This document shows, one piece after another, positions 10,489 through 17,928 of a DNA stretch of 32,000 nt (the stretch's first letter is position 1; the number at the start of each line of letters is the position of its first letter). A program made the translations under genes and the position numbers. Below the pieces are notes generated by a model. It saw only the letters and a program-made list of their open reading frames with translations. It searched no databases and was not told the DNA's origin. Origin of the DNA: Candidatus Saccharimonadota bacterium (GTDB lineage: Bacteria > Patescibacteriota > Saccharimonadia > Saccharimonadales > Saccharimonadaceae); the NCBI GenBank assembly GCA_049296095.1, contig JBAQRV010000001.1:480001-512000 (forward strand), in the 5' to 3' direction.

Positions 10489-10497
10489 ATTGTAGCA
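10489..10497 (-). promoter_or_regulatory. extended -10 element (TGCTACAAT) for pyrG
   Basis: The minus strand reads TGCTACAAT about 30 nt upstream of ATG 10459, with GGAGG in the resulting short leader. Confidence 0.4.
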
Positions 10498-10565
10498 GGC
10501 TATAATATAAAAGCGCTAGCCCTGGGACGTTGTAGTATTGTCACTACGCTAGATGTAGCGGTGGA

Positions 10566-11741
10566 CTAGATAAGTTCGTCGAGCGATGAACCTGGAGTAT
10601 AAAGATGAAGTGGCTGATTATCCATCTCCCACGCCTGCTGAACAGGTGCCACAATTTCCCAAGATCGCAGAACCTCGGGGCCGGTCGTAAAGATCATCTT
10701 ACGACCCTCAATTGCCTCAATCAGTACGTGCTCATAGGCATCAGGAATATGTTCCTTGTGCAGCATCTTACCCTCTTCAAAAACATCCTCCGTCCCATCG
10801 TGATGGGTGAGCTTAATATAGGTTCGCTTCACATCGAGAGCTTTGCCTGTCGAGAGCCGTAGTGACACACCTTGCCAGTGCTCATCATTGCTTACCAGTT
10901 GCAAACTGGCGAATGTTTCCGTTAGACTACCCATATTTCCTACCTCAGTCTGATAGCCCTCGTACTGCGCCCTCACGGCCTTAACTGGATCTGCTGGTTC
11001 AATCGCCTCCAAGGCCTGTAAACGATACTGAGACAGCTTCTCGAGCGTGAAATCTTGAGGAATCTCCATTATCACCAACGATAATAGCTGCATGAGGTGC
11101 CCTTGGATAAAGTCGCGAAGCGCGCCAGTCTGCTCATAAAAAACCGCCCGATCCTCAACGCCGATCATTTCGCTGGCAACAACATCGATGGCCGCAACTG
11201 AATGCTTATTCCAGCTATGGTGGTGCGTCTCGATGTCCGAACGACGCCTAATAATTTCTTGGGCAATTTCCTTTGCCATGTAGTGATCGATTCGATAAAT
11301 CTGCGACTCATTAAAGTAGCGCCCCGTTCGAGCGATAAAATCCTGAGCCGAGGCAAGATCATAGCCAAATGGTTTTTCGAACAAAATCTTTACATTACGT
11401 GAACTGACCCCGGCTTGCCCGAGGAAGTCGACGATATCAGCGGCCGCGTTGGGTGGGACGGACAGATAAAAGAGGGCCTGTTCATCTTTTCCAAGTCGTA
11501 GATAGTCGGAGAGCTTGTCATAGTCACCTTTTTCAGCGAGATCCATGGTAAAGATTTCCGTTCGATCTATCAGGTTAGGCTGGTCTTCTAATAGTTCCTT
11601 GACATCGACTTCACGACGAGACACACCAACAACCGAAAGATCGTCGTAGTTACCCGACGCAACTATGTCACTTAAGACCGGCAGGAGTTTGCGCCGACTG
11701 AGGTCGCCAGTGATACCGAAGATAATGAGTTTTGTCTTCAT
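10566..11741 (-). CDS. zwf: glucose-6-phosphate dehydrogenase (short form, 391 aa)
   Basis: NADP-binding IIFGITGDLSRRKLLP, the EKPFG motif, and the RIDHYMAKE variant of the active-site nonapeptide. Confidence 0.85.
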   Translation of the reverse strand: MKTKLIIFGITGDLSRRKLLPVLSDIVASGNYDDLSVVGVSRREVDVKELLEDQPNLIDRTEIFTMDLAEKGDYDKLSDYLRLGKDEQALFYLSVPPNAAADIVDFLGQAGVSSRNVKILFEKPFGYDLASAQDFIARTGRYFNESQIYRIDHYMAKEIAQEIIRRRSDIETHHHSWNKHSVAAIDVVASEMIGVEDRAVFYEQTGALRDFIQGHLMQLLSLVIMEIPQDFTLEKLSQYRLQALEAIEPADPVKAVRAQYEGYQTEVGNMGSLTETFASLQLVSNDEHWQGVSLRLSTGKALDVKRTYIKLTHHDGTEDVFEEGKMLHKEHIPDAYEHVLIEAIEGRKMIFTTGPEVLRSWEIVAPVQQAWEMDNQPLHLYTPGSSLDELI

Positions 11742-11750
11742 ACTACTATT

Positions 11751-12362
11751 CTATCGCTCTTCATCATCATGCGGTTTAAAAATGTCAGGCAGTGGAGCAC
11801 CGAATTTTGCTTCTGGAAGGTCAATCAATCCGCGAGGATTACGCGCATTGGGATATTGGATCTGGAAAGCTTCTGTAACCGAACCGAATACTGCATCATC
11901 CCACGAGAATCCTAGCTTTGTAGCCATATCTTTTACTAGCTCTTCACTATGAGCTTCGATTTCAATATAGGGACTAAGCCAGGGCCACTCATCAAGAACG
12001 ACTTCAACACCGTCACCAACCCGCCAGGTCTCACGTTTTGACTCCTGAAGAGACTGGTGTTTCAAACCACCCTCTTCAAGGATGGCAAGCGTTGTTTCAA
12101 AATCACTCACAACAACTTCATGCTCAGATGCGCCCGTTAAAGAATTTTCTTTAAACTCTTTAAATGTCAAAGTCACCTTGTCGCCCTCATCTCGAAGACG
12201 CATAAACGAGTGTCTTCCATTCTTTATCATCGCGTCAGTTTGAATAAGCGCACGTCGCATTAACCGCATTGGTTGCTCACACACCCCACTCAACTCCTCC
12301 AACCTGGCACGTACATCATTGAAGTCAACATCTAAAAATTTAACTTCAATTTCCATCTTCAT
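11751..12362 (-). CDS. CYTH domain protein (class IV adenylate cyclase / triphosphatase family)
   Basis: N-terminal EIEVKF (ExExK signature). About 200 aa. Alternating acidic and basic beta-strand pattern. Confidence 0.75.
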   Translation of the reverse strand: MKMEIEVKFLDVDFNDVRARLEELSGVCEQPMRLMRRALIQTDAMIKNGRHSFMRLRDEGDKVTLTFKEFKENSLTGASEHEVVVSDFETTLAILEEGGLKHQSLQESKRETWRVGDGVEVVLDEWPWLSPYIEIEAHSEELVKDMATKLGFSWDDAVFGSVTEAFQIQYPNARNPRGLIDLPEAKFGAPLPDIFKPHDDEER

Positions 12363-12389
12363 AAATACACTCGCTTTCAGAACTTATGT

Positions 12390-13382
12390 TTATTCAGATT
12401 TTGACGTCCCAGCATTCACTTCATAACTAGTGTTCGTCGTTTCAAAGAAGTTCACCAACTGCAACGTGTCGTTAGCCGCAGCCATCCACTTCGCAGGGTT
12501 TGATACCTTATAGTGAGGCTCAAATCCGAGTTCTTCCAGACGACGATCGGCCAAGTACTTCACGTACTGGTTGATGTAATCGCTGTTCAGACCGAGAATA
12601 CCATTTGGCAATAAGTCCTTGTTGTAGGCTTCTTCCATTTCAACACCATCAAGGATCATTTGCTTGATCTCGGCCGCAAACTCCTCAGTTTGTAGGTCTT
12701 CGTTCTCTTCAAGTACCGTTAGAATCAAGTTGATACCAAACTTAAGGTGAAGTGATTCATCACGGACTACCCAGTCGATCAGGCTAGCAAAGTTACGAAG
12801 TAGGTTTCGTTGTCGGAAAGACAACGCTACCATAAAGCCGCTATAGAACCAGATGCCTTCAAGAATAATGTTGTAGGCGATCAGGTTCCGAATGAAGTCC
12901 TTCTTACCATCGGTCGTTGTGATGTCGAGAGTTTCTTCGGTCATACGCTTGATAAACTTGGTTTCAAACTCCTCTTTACGCGCCATCGAAGGGGTTTCAA
13001 CGTGAGCTGCATAGGCAACATCGCGATCAATTGGGAAGGTTTCGAGGACATATTCAAAACTCATACAGTGATTGGCTTCTTCCCACATTTGCTTCGCAAG
13101 ATACAGGTGGCACTCGGCTGCATTGACGTAAGGGTACACACCAAAAGCCAGCGCTTTATTCACCAATAGTTCGTTCGGGTTGAAGTAACTCATGAGGAAG
13201 GTCACCGCATGACGCTCTTCTTCACTCATTTCCTTCCAGTCGGCCAAATCCTGACCTAGTTGGATTTCGTTGGGAAACCACGTATTTGCCACAGCTTGGT
13301 TATAGAGGTCCATTGCCCACTTGTATTTTACGGGTTTGAGCAGTAGCCCGTCTTGGATTCCGGTTCCTAAAATTCCTGGCAT
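12390..13382 (-). CDS. nrdB: ribonucleotide reductase small subunit, class Ic-like (R2c)
   Basis: Ferritin-like metal motifs NELLV, EEANHCMSF, ILEGIWFYSGF and VRDESLH. C-terminal NFFETTNTSYEV tail. SD AGGAGA 6 nt upstream of the ATG. Confidence 0.93.
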   Translation of the reverse strand: MPGILGTGIQDGLLLKPVKYKWAMDLYNQAVANTWFPNEIQLGQDLADWKEMSEEERHAVTFLMSYFNPNELLVNKALAFGVYPYVNAAECHLYLAKQMWEEANHCMSFEYVLETFPIDRDVAYAAHVETPSMARKEEFETKFIKRMTEETLDITTTDGKKDFIRNLIAYNIILEGIWFYSGFMVALSFRQRNLLRNFASLIDWVVRDESLHLKFGINLILTVLEENEDLQTEEFAAEIKQMILDGVEMEEAYNKDLLPNGILGLNSDYINQYVKYLADRRLEELGFEPHYKVSNPAKWMAAANDTLQLVNFFETTNTSYEVNAGTSKSE

Positions 13383-13400
13383 TGTTGTTCTCCTAGTAGT

Positions 13401-13577
13401 TTATTGGCAACTATCGCACATGGTGAGATCAGCTGGATCAAGTGGTGCAGCCATGCTGAGGCCGTTAGCAGCAGCATCTTCTTGAGCTTGTTGTTGTGCA
13501 TTGGCCATTGCGGCATCAATTGCAGCGAGCTTCTCGTCGAGTGTCATAGTGTCGTTAATGATTGTTGTTGCGTTCAT
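13401..13577 (-). CDS. small protein (58 aa) ending in CDSCQ, encoded between nrdA and nrdB
   Basis: Not in the ORF track because it is under 60 aa. My minus-strand translation is MNATTIINDTMTLDEKLAAIDAAMANAQQQAQEDAAANGLSMAAPLDPADLTMCDSCQ. AAGGGGA lies 9 nt upstream of ATG 13577. The stop lies 18 nt before the nrdB ATG. Confidence 0.55.
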   Translation of the reverse strand: MNATTIINDTMTLDEKLAAIDAAMANAQQQAQEDAAANGLSMAAPLDPADLTMCDSCQ

Positions 13578-13642
13578 TGTCTTTTATCCCCTTATTCTGA
13601 TGCTTTATTGATCGTGTTTATGTTTCGTTCAGTTAATGCTTA

Positions 13643-16048
13643 TCATACGCCGACCTCTTGCTTTTTAGCAAATCCAAATCCTGTTTTTCGAGCTGATCCA
13701 TCTGAACTTTCGGCTTTGTTTACCTTGACGGTACTTTGTTCGGCAGTGTGTCGTGGTTTAACGTGTAGGTAGTAAGTCGTCTTTAGGCCTCGTTGCCATG
13801 CAGCTGAGTAAATCTTTACCATTTCGTCGATGTCGCGAGTTTCGAGGTACATGTTACGGCTGATTGCTTGATCGACCCACTTCTGTGCCCGAGCCGCTAC
13901 TTCGATAAAGCTGTATGGACTGAGCTGGAAGCTGGTCTTGTAAATGTCTTTGAGACGTTGCGGGATCGCTTCGATCTGTTGAACATCGCCCTGAGTGCGA
14001 AGAATTTCCTCTTTTACCTCATCCCACAAGCCTAGCTCTTTCAGGTCGTGAACAAGGTTTTTGTTCACTTCGAGGAACTTGCCGTTCAAGGTTGCACGAG
14101 AGAAAATCTGTGCGAACTGCGGGTCGAGTCCAGGTGTCGTGCCGGCAATGTGAGCGATATTTGCTGTCGGTGCAATTGCCATAAGAGTCGCGTTACGCAT
14201 TCCCTTTTTAACCTTCGCGCGGAGCTTATCCCAGTCGAGGCGAGTCTTGCGGTTCACTTCAACTTTTACCTTACGATCAGCGGCCAGTAGGTCAACAGTA
14301 TCAATAGGAAGGATTCCCTTGCTCCAGCCGCTTCCCTTGAAAGTTGGGTATGAGCCAAACTTCTTGGCGAGATCTGCTGATTCGTCGATCGCGTGATAGC
14401 TAATGAACTCAGCTAGTTGATCAACCAGGTCATAGGCCTCTTCAGATTCGTAGCTAAAACCAAGCTTCTCACTGACGTCGGTGAAGCCCATGAAGCCGAG
14501 GCCGAGGGCGCGGTTCTGCGTGTTCGAGCGCATCGCTTCTGGAACTGGCGTATTAGTGATATCAACCAGGTTATCGAGCTGGCGAATCGCACTTCGGGAA
14601 CTCGCAGCCAACGCATCCCAGTCCCAAGTCTTGTCTTCGCGTAGGTGAGCTGACAAGTTAATACTGACTAGGTTACACACGGCAGTATTGTTCTCGTCCT
14701 GCGGCAAGGTGATTTCAGTACAAAGGTTACTGAGGTGGATTGTCGAGGTGTTATTGTTGAGCGCTCGAACGTTAATGGTATCCTTCCAGGTCAGCCATGG
14801 GTGGCTCGTTGCCTGCAGAGTGATGAGGATCTGGCGATACTGTTGTAATGCCTTGATCTTTTTGAAGTTACGCATTTGTCCTGCCTCAGCCTTTTTGATA
14901 TACCCATTGTAGGCAGCCGAGAATTCAGCACCATAGAGTTCGTTCAAGTCAGCTACTTCGGCTGGGTCAAACAGATACCAGTCCTGATCCTTAGCAACGC
15001 GCTTCATGAATTCGTCGCTAATAAAGACGGCGGTGTTCATGATACGTGCACGCATGTATGGGTCACCCGAGTTCTGCTTGAGGTCGAGGAATTCTGGGAA
15101 ATCGATGTGCCAGTTTTCCATGTACATGGCAGCGGCGCCCATCTTTTTACCCTTACGACTGACGGCGAAGAGTGCTGAGTCGATCATCTTCATGAATGGA
15201 ATCGGACCCGTAGAAGTGGTGTTAGTGGTTTTGACTGGGCTCCCAGAGGCACGAAGCTTGTTCATGCTGATACCGATACCACCAGTCCCCTTCGCAATCC
15301 ACATCACATCGCGGATACCCTTAGCGATTGATTCCATGTCGTCTTGGACTTCTAAAAGGAAACAGTTCGATAGTTGCGGGAATGCTCCACCGGCGTTTAC
15401 TCGAGTTGAGCCACCAGGAACATATTCTAGCTTGCTCATGTGCTCGTAGAAATCGAGTGCGCTTTCAGTTGGGTCCTCGGCATTAAAGCTGAGCCCCATG
15501 GCAATACGCATGTGCGTGTATTGAGGTACTTCGATCGCAATGCCACCGTTACGACGCAGTGCGTAGCGGTTATTGTTGGTTAGCACACCGAGATAGTGGC
15601 TGAGCTGGTCGCGAGATGGGTCGATTGCCTTAGCAAGCTTTTTGAGATCGAATAGCTTGCTATTCATGCGCTTGTCGAGCAAACCTTCAGCAACGCCTTC
15701 TTTGAGGTATTCGAGGAATTTATCTTCGTGGAGCTTTTTGAGCTCAGCCGGTGTCTTGTATTCGCCCAAGATACCCTTATATGTATTCTTCAAAAGAAGC
15801 CGAGTCGCAATGACGTCGAAGTCTGGATCGTCTTTGACGTTCTGCAAAGCAACCTGGATCACTGCTTCATCGAGCTGTGTAGTCGTAATGCCGTCAAATA
15901 ATGTCAATGAAAGTTCTGATGCAACTTGAACTACCTTGCTGATTTGGTCTGGAAGGCCCTCACTTGCCTCGACCAATGCCAGGTTGATCATATTCGCGTC
16001 AAATGGTTCGCGTGTGCCGTCGCGTTTTACCACTGTGATTGCGCTCAT
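13643..16048 (-). CDS. nrdA: ribonucleotide reductase large subunit, class I
   Basis: N-terminal ATP-cone (VVKRDGTREPFD). Catalytic cysteine motifs LSNCFLLEV, LSNLCTEI and AVCNLVSINL. SD AGGGGA upstream. The C-terminal approximately 40 residues contain no Cys. Confidence 0.95.
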   Translation of the reverse strand: MSAITVVKRDGTREPFDANMINLALVEASEGLPDQISKVVQVASELSLTLFDGITTTQLDEAVIQVALQNVKDDPDFDVIATRLLLKNTYKGILGEYKTPAELKKLHEDKFLEYLKEGVAEGLLDKRMNSKLFDLKKLAKAIDPSRDQLSHYLGVLTNNNRYALRRNGGIAIEVPQYTHMRIAMGLSFNAEDPTESALDFYEHMSKLEYVPGGSTRVNAGGAFPQLSNCFLLEVQDDMESIAKGIRDVMWIAKGTGGIGISMNKLRASGSPVKTTNTTSTGPIPFMKMIDSALFAVSRKGKKMGAAAMYMENWHIDFPEFLDLKQNSGDPYMRARIMNTAVFISDEFMKRVAKDQDWYLFDPAEVADLNELYGAEFSAAYNGYIKKAEAGQMRNFKKIKALQQYRQILITLQATSHPWLTWKDTINVRALNNNTSTIHLSNLCTEITLPQDENNTAVCNLVSINLSAHLREDKTWDWDALAASSRSAIRQLDNLVDITNTPVPEAMRSNTQNRALGLGFMGFTDVSEKLGFSYESEEAYDLVDQLAEFISYHAIDESADLAKKFGSYPTFKGSGWSKGILPIDTVDLLAADRKVKVEVNRKTRLDWDKLRAKVKKGMRNATLMAIAPTANIAHIAGTTPGLDPQFAQIFSRATLNGKFLEVNKNLVHDLKELGLWDEVKEEILRTQGDVQQIEAIPQRLKDIYKTSFQLSPYSFIEVAARAQKWVDQAISRNMYLETRDIDEMVKIYSAAWQRGLKTTYYLHVKPRHTAEQSTVKVNKAESSDGSARKTGFGFAKKQEVGV

Positions 16049-16196
16049 GTAATTCCCCTATGCTACGTTCTTATATTAGTAATTGAGTCTGTCATACACT
16101 TTAACCTCCCCGGAAACCCCTATTTTAGGGGCGCAAGAATAACATCGGTGTAGCAGCCGTCTGTTAGTCTTGCTAAATGTGTATTTTGATGTCAGT

Positions 16197-16345
16197 ACTA
16201 CATATGTAGTGCTTATGTAAGACTATATGCCCCCACATATGGTTTTTCAAGCGTTTTTATGTGTTTTTTTCACCACATGAGCGCTTATGCTTATTTAACA
16301 CCTTATAGTGTGGTGTTTGTTATTTACAACGCTATATGTGGTGTG
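16197..16345. promoter_or_regulatory. cluster of ATATGTGG-type operator repeats upstream of nrdA (candidate NrdR-box-like sites)
   Basis: Plus-strand copies: ACTACATATGTAGT (16197-16210, a perfect 14-bp palindrome), CCACATATGG (16233-16242), CACCACATGA (16271-16280), TTATAGTGTGGTG (16303-16315) and CTATATGTGGTGTG (16332-16345). Both orientations occur. Confidence 0.45.
16222..16250 (-). promoter_or_regulatory. sigma-70-type promoter for the nrd operon (TTGAAA-17-TATAGT)
   Basis: The minus strand reads TTGAAA-AACCATATGTGGGGGCA-TATAGT. One operator copy lies in the spacer and the 14-bp palindrome lies just downstream of the predicted start. This implies a leader of about 165 nt. Confidence 0.45.
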
Positions 16346-16398
16346 TTGAGTACTTAGCCGTTTTCTCTATTCGACAAATTAATTTCGAGCGAGCACTC

Positions 16399-16830
16399 TT
16401 AATCTTGTACGGCGTCACGCACTTGATCTATTGATATATTGCTTCTAAGTGTTGCGGGGTCACCATAGTGCCTTGAACGTTTTATCTTTCCATTTTCAAT
16501 TTGACACACTAAAACATAGGGCCAAACTCGTTTAGAATCCTTAGTTGGTTCGACTTCAGCAAGTTCAACGAATACAGTTTGCGTCCTTTCATTGGCAGCG
16601 ACATTCCAGACATGAAATTCACGGCCTTCAAGTGCATATGCATCCTCAAGACCAACCGAAATATCTCCTCCGGCGAAAACCGGGAAAACTTTGTCTTCAG
16701 AGATAATCATACCTCTTTGCTTAAAGTCATCAGTAATTAGACGCTTGCCCTTCTTTACATTATTAGTTCGCTCGGCTTCGAATGAGTCGGTAACAATTTT
16801 GATGAGGTCATCTTGCGAGTAGTAGTGCAT
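16399..16830 (-). CDS. NTF2-like / SnoaL-like fold protein (143 aa)
   Basis: Size and alpha+beta cone pattern (helical N-terminus, then strands FHVWNVAANERTQTVFVEL, WPYVLVCQIENGKI). ATG 16830 is chosen because TGGTATACT lies 6 nt upstream. Confidence 0.6.
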   Translation of the reverse strand: MHYYSQDDLIKIVTDSFEAERTNNVKKGKRLITDDFKQRGMIISEDKVFPVFAGGDISVGLEDAYALEGREFHVWNVAANERTQTVFVELAEVEPTKDSKRVWPYVLVCQIENGKIKRSRHYGDPATLRSNISIDQVRDAVQD

Positions 16831-16836
16831 GCCACT

Positions 16837-16845
16837 AGTATACCA
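16837..16845 (-). promoter_or_regulatory. extended -10 element (TGGTATACT), leaderless-type promoter for the NTF2-like gene
   Basis: The minus strand reads TGGTATACT-AGTGGC-ATG (ATG at 16830). Confidence 0.4.
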
Positions 16846-16928
16846 AATCCTACACACACTACTTGACAAGTATTATATAGGTCTGTTTAATAGTACTAAA
16901 CTAAGCCCTAGGTTAATAAGGACTCCGC

Positions 16929-17117
16929 ATGCGAGAACGAACAACTGATCAGATCATTCGACAAAGCGCCGACCCAGAAGCACTTCTTGATGCTCTAAAA
17001 GAGGCTGATGATACAGACCTCATCGACACCCTCAAGCCTGAAATACGACGAGAGGTAGAAGAATCTGTTCGCGTCCGTTCAATGGGAAGTCGTGGCCTCG
17101 GCGGCTTTTCTCTCTAA
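16929..17117 (+). CDS. small acidic protein (62 aa) with Gly-rich C-terminus
   Basis: ATG is preceded by TAAGGA with a 6-nt spacer. A possible TTGACA (16863-16868) lies upstream. Sequence: MRERTTDQIIRQSADPEALLDALKEADDTDLIDTLKPEIRREVEESVRVRSMGSRGLGGFSL. Native-looking codon usage. Confidence 0.45.
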   Translation: MRERTTDQIIRQSADPEALLDALKEADDTDLIDTLKPEIRREVEESVRVRSMGSRGLGGFSL

Positions 17118-17118
17118 T

Positions 17119-17919
17119 CTATTGATTATGTTCTGTGTAGGTATAGTATGATTCGTTTGCTTTCATGGCAAGGCGAGCTAAACTTGCCGTACGACCAGAA
17201 ACAAATTGATGAGCGTATACCCAAGCGACATATCCATCTGGGAATTGGTCGACCTCGAGGTGAGTTGATGGCGCGGACGCCACTATCACCTGTCTTAGGC
17301 CTCCGATCACAGGCGCCTGTTCAATGAGTAAAAGACGCCGACGAAGCTCAGCAATGTCCCACAAGCCTAATTTTTGTCCTTGTTCCTTTTCCCACACACT
17401 TGCAGCCCACGACTGGGTGGATTCAACGAAAGCTTTTTCAGCAGCCACCCCTTTGTCTTCGTGAAAGGATGCACCGAGTACTATATACGGGTACGTTTGG
17501 GCATTTTCCAAAATAGAAACAGCTGCATACCCATCGCGCATCACCGTTTCGACAAACCCAATTGCAAAATGATAATCAGATGGTACATCATATTTCTCAT
17601 GCATTGCTGCGATGTCCGCATCGGAAGCCTTCCCCAATATCGGGCGGTCAAACGCCCACCAAGCAGCTACAGATATTCGCTCGTTAGCCTCTCTTTCGGC
17701 ATTTTCGATGGCCGCATCTCTCTCGACATGCGCCGCCGATGAAACAAAGCCCGATTCTCGATCAACTGAGGCTTGAATCTCTAACGCTTCCATTAGAGTT
17801 TTGAGTCTTATTTGATCTTCATTGTCACCCGTAGCAGCGGGGCGAAAGGTATCACTCTCGGCAAGCTTCACTGTCTTTAGTGAAGGAAACGGTGTTTTAA
17901 TTTCGATAAATGTATTCAT
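17119..17919 (-). CDS. hypothetical protein (266 aa) with motif-level resemblance to the YcaO superfamily
   Basis: Long clean ORF of native composition. Motifs DAAIENAER (aa 68-76), FVETVMRD (122-129) and GASFHEDKGVAAEKAFVESTQ (149-169) occur in the order I recall for the YcaO ATP/Mg-binding motifs. The coding call is solid; the function is speculative. Confidence 0.7.
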   Translation of the reverse strand: MNTFIEIKTPFPSLKTVKLAESDTFRPAATGDNEDQIRLKTLMEALEIQASVDRESGFVSSAAHVERDAAIENAEREANERISVAAWWAFDRPILGKASDADIAAMHEKYDVPSDYHFAIGFVETVMRDGYAAVSILENAQTYPYIVLGASFHEDKGVAAEKAFVESTQSWAASVWEKEQGQKLGLWDIAELRRRLLLIEQAPVIGGLRQVIVASAPSTHLEVDQFPDGYVAWVYAHQFVSGRTASLARLAMKANESYYTYTEHNQ

Positions 17920-17928
17920 AGTGATGTG

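Noticed and set aside
10501-10506. Plus-strand TATAAT in the pyrG-zwf spacer
   Set aside because: No plus-strand gene lies downstream. It is most likely a chance match in AT-rich promoter DNA that serves pyrG on the other strand.
13578-13645. The 58-aa ORF as a frameshifted or read-through remnant of the NrdA C-terminus
   Set aside because: The nrdA TGA and the small-ORF ATG are separated by 65 nt, which is not a multiple of 3. The small ORF also has its own SD. A single read-through cannot join them, although an ancient gene fission remains possible.
13404-13772. Plus-strand 122-aa ORF in the nrdA-nrdB spacer
   Set aside because: It overlaps the nrdA 3' end antisense. It has no SD and gives a Cys/Leu/Ser-rich odd translation. 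The minus-strand 58-aa ORF in the same spacer has a proper SD and operon-consistent orientation.
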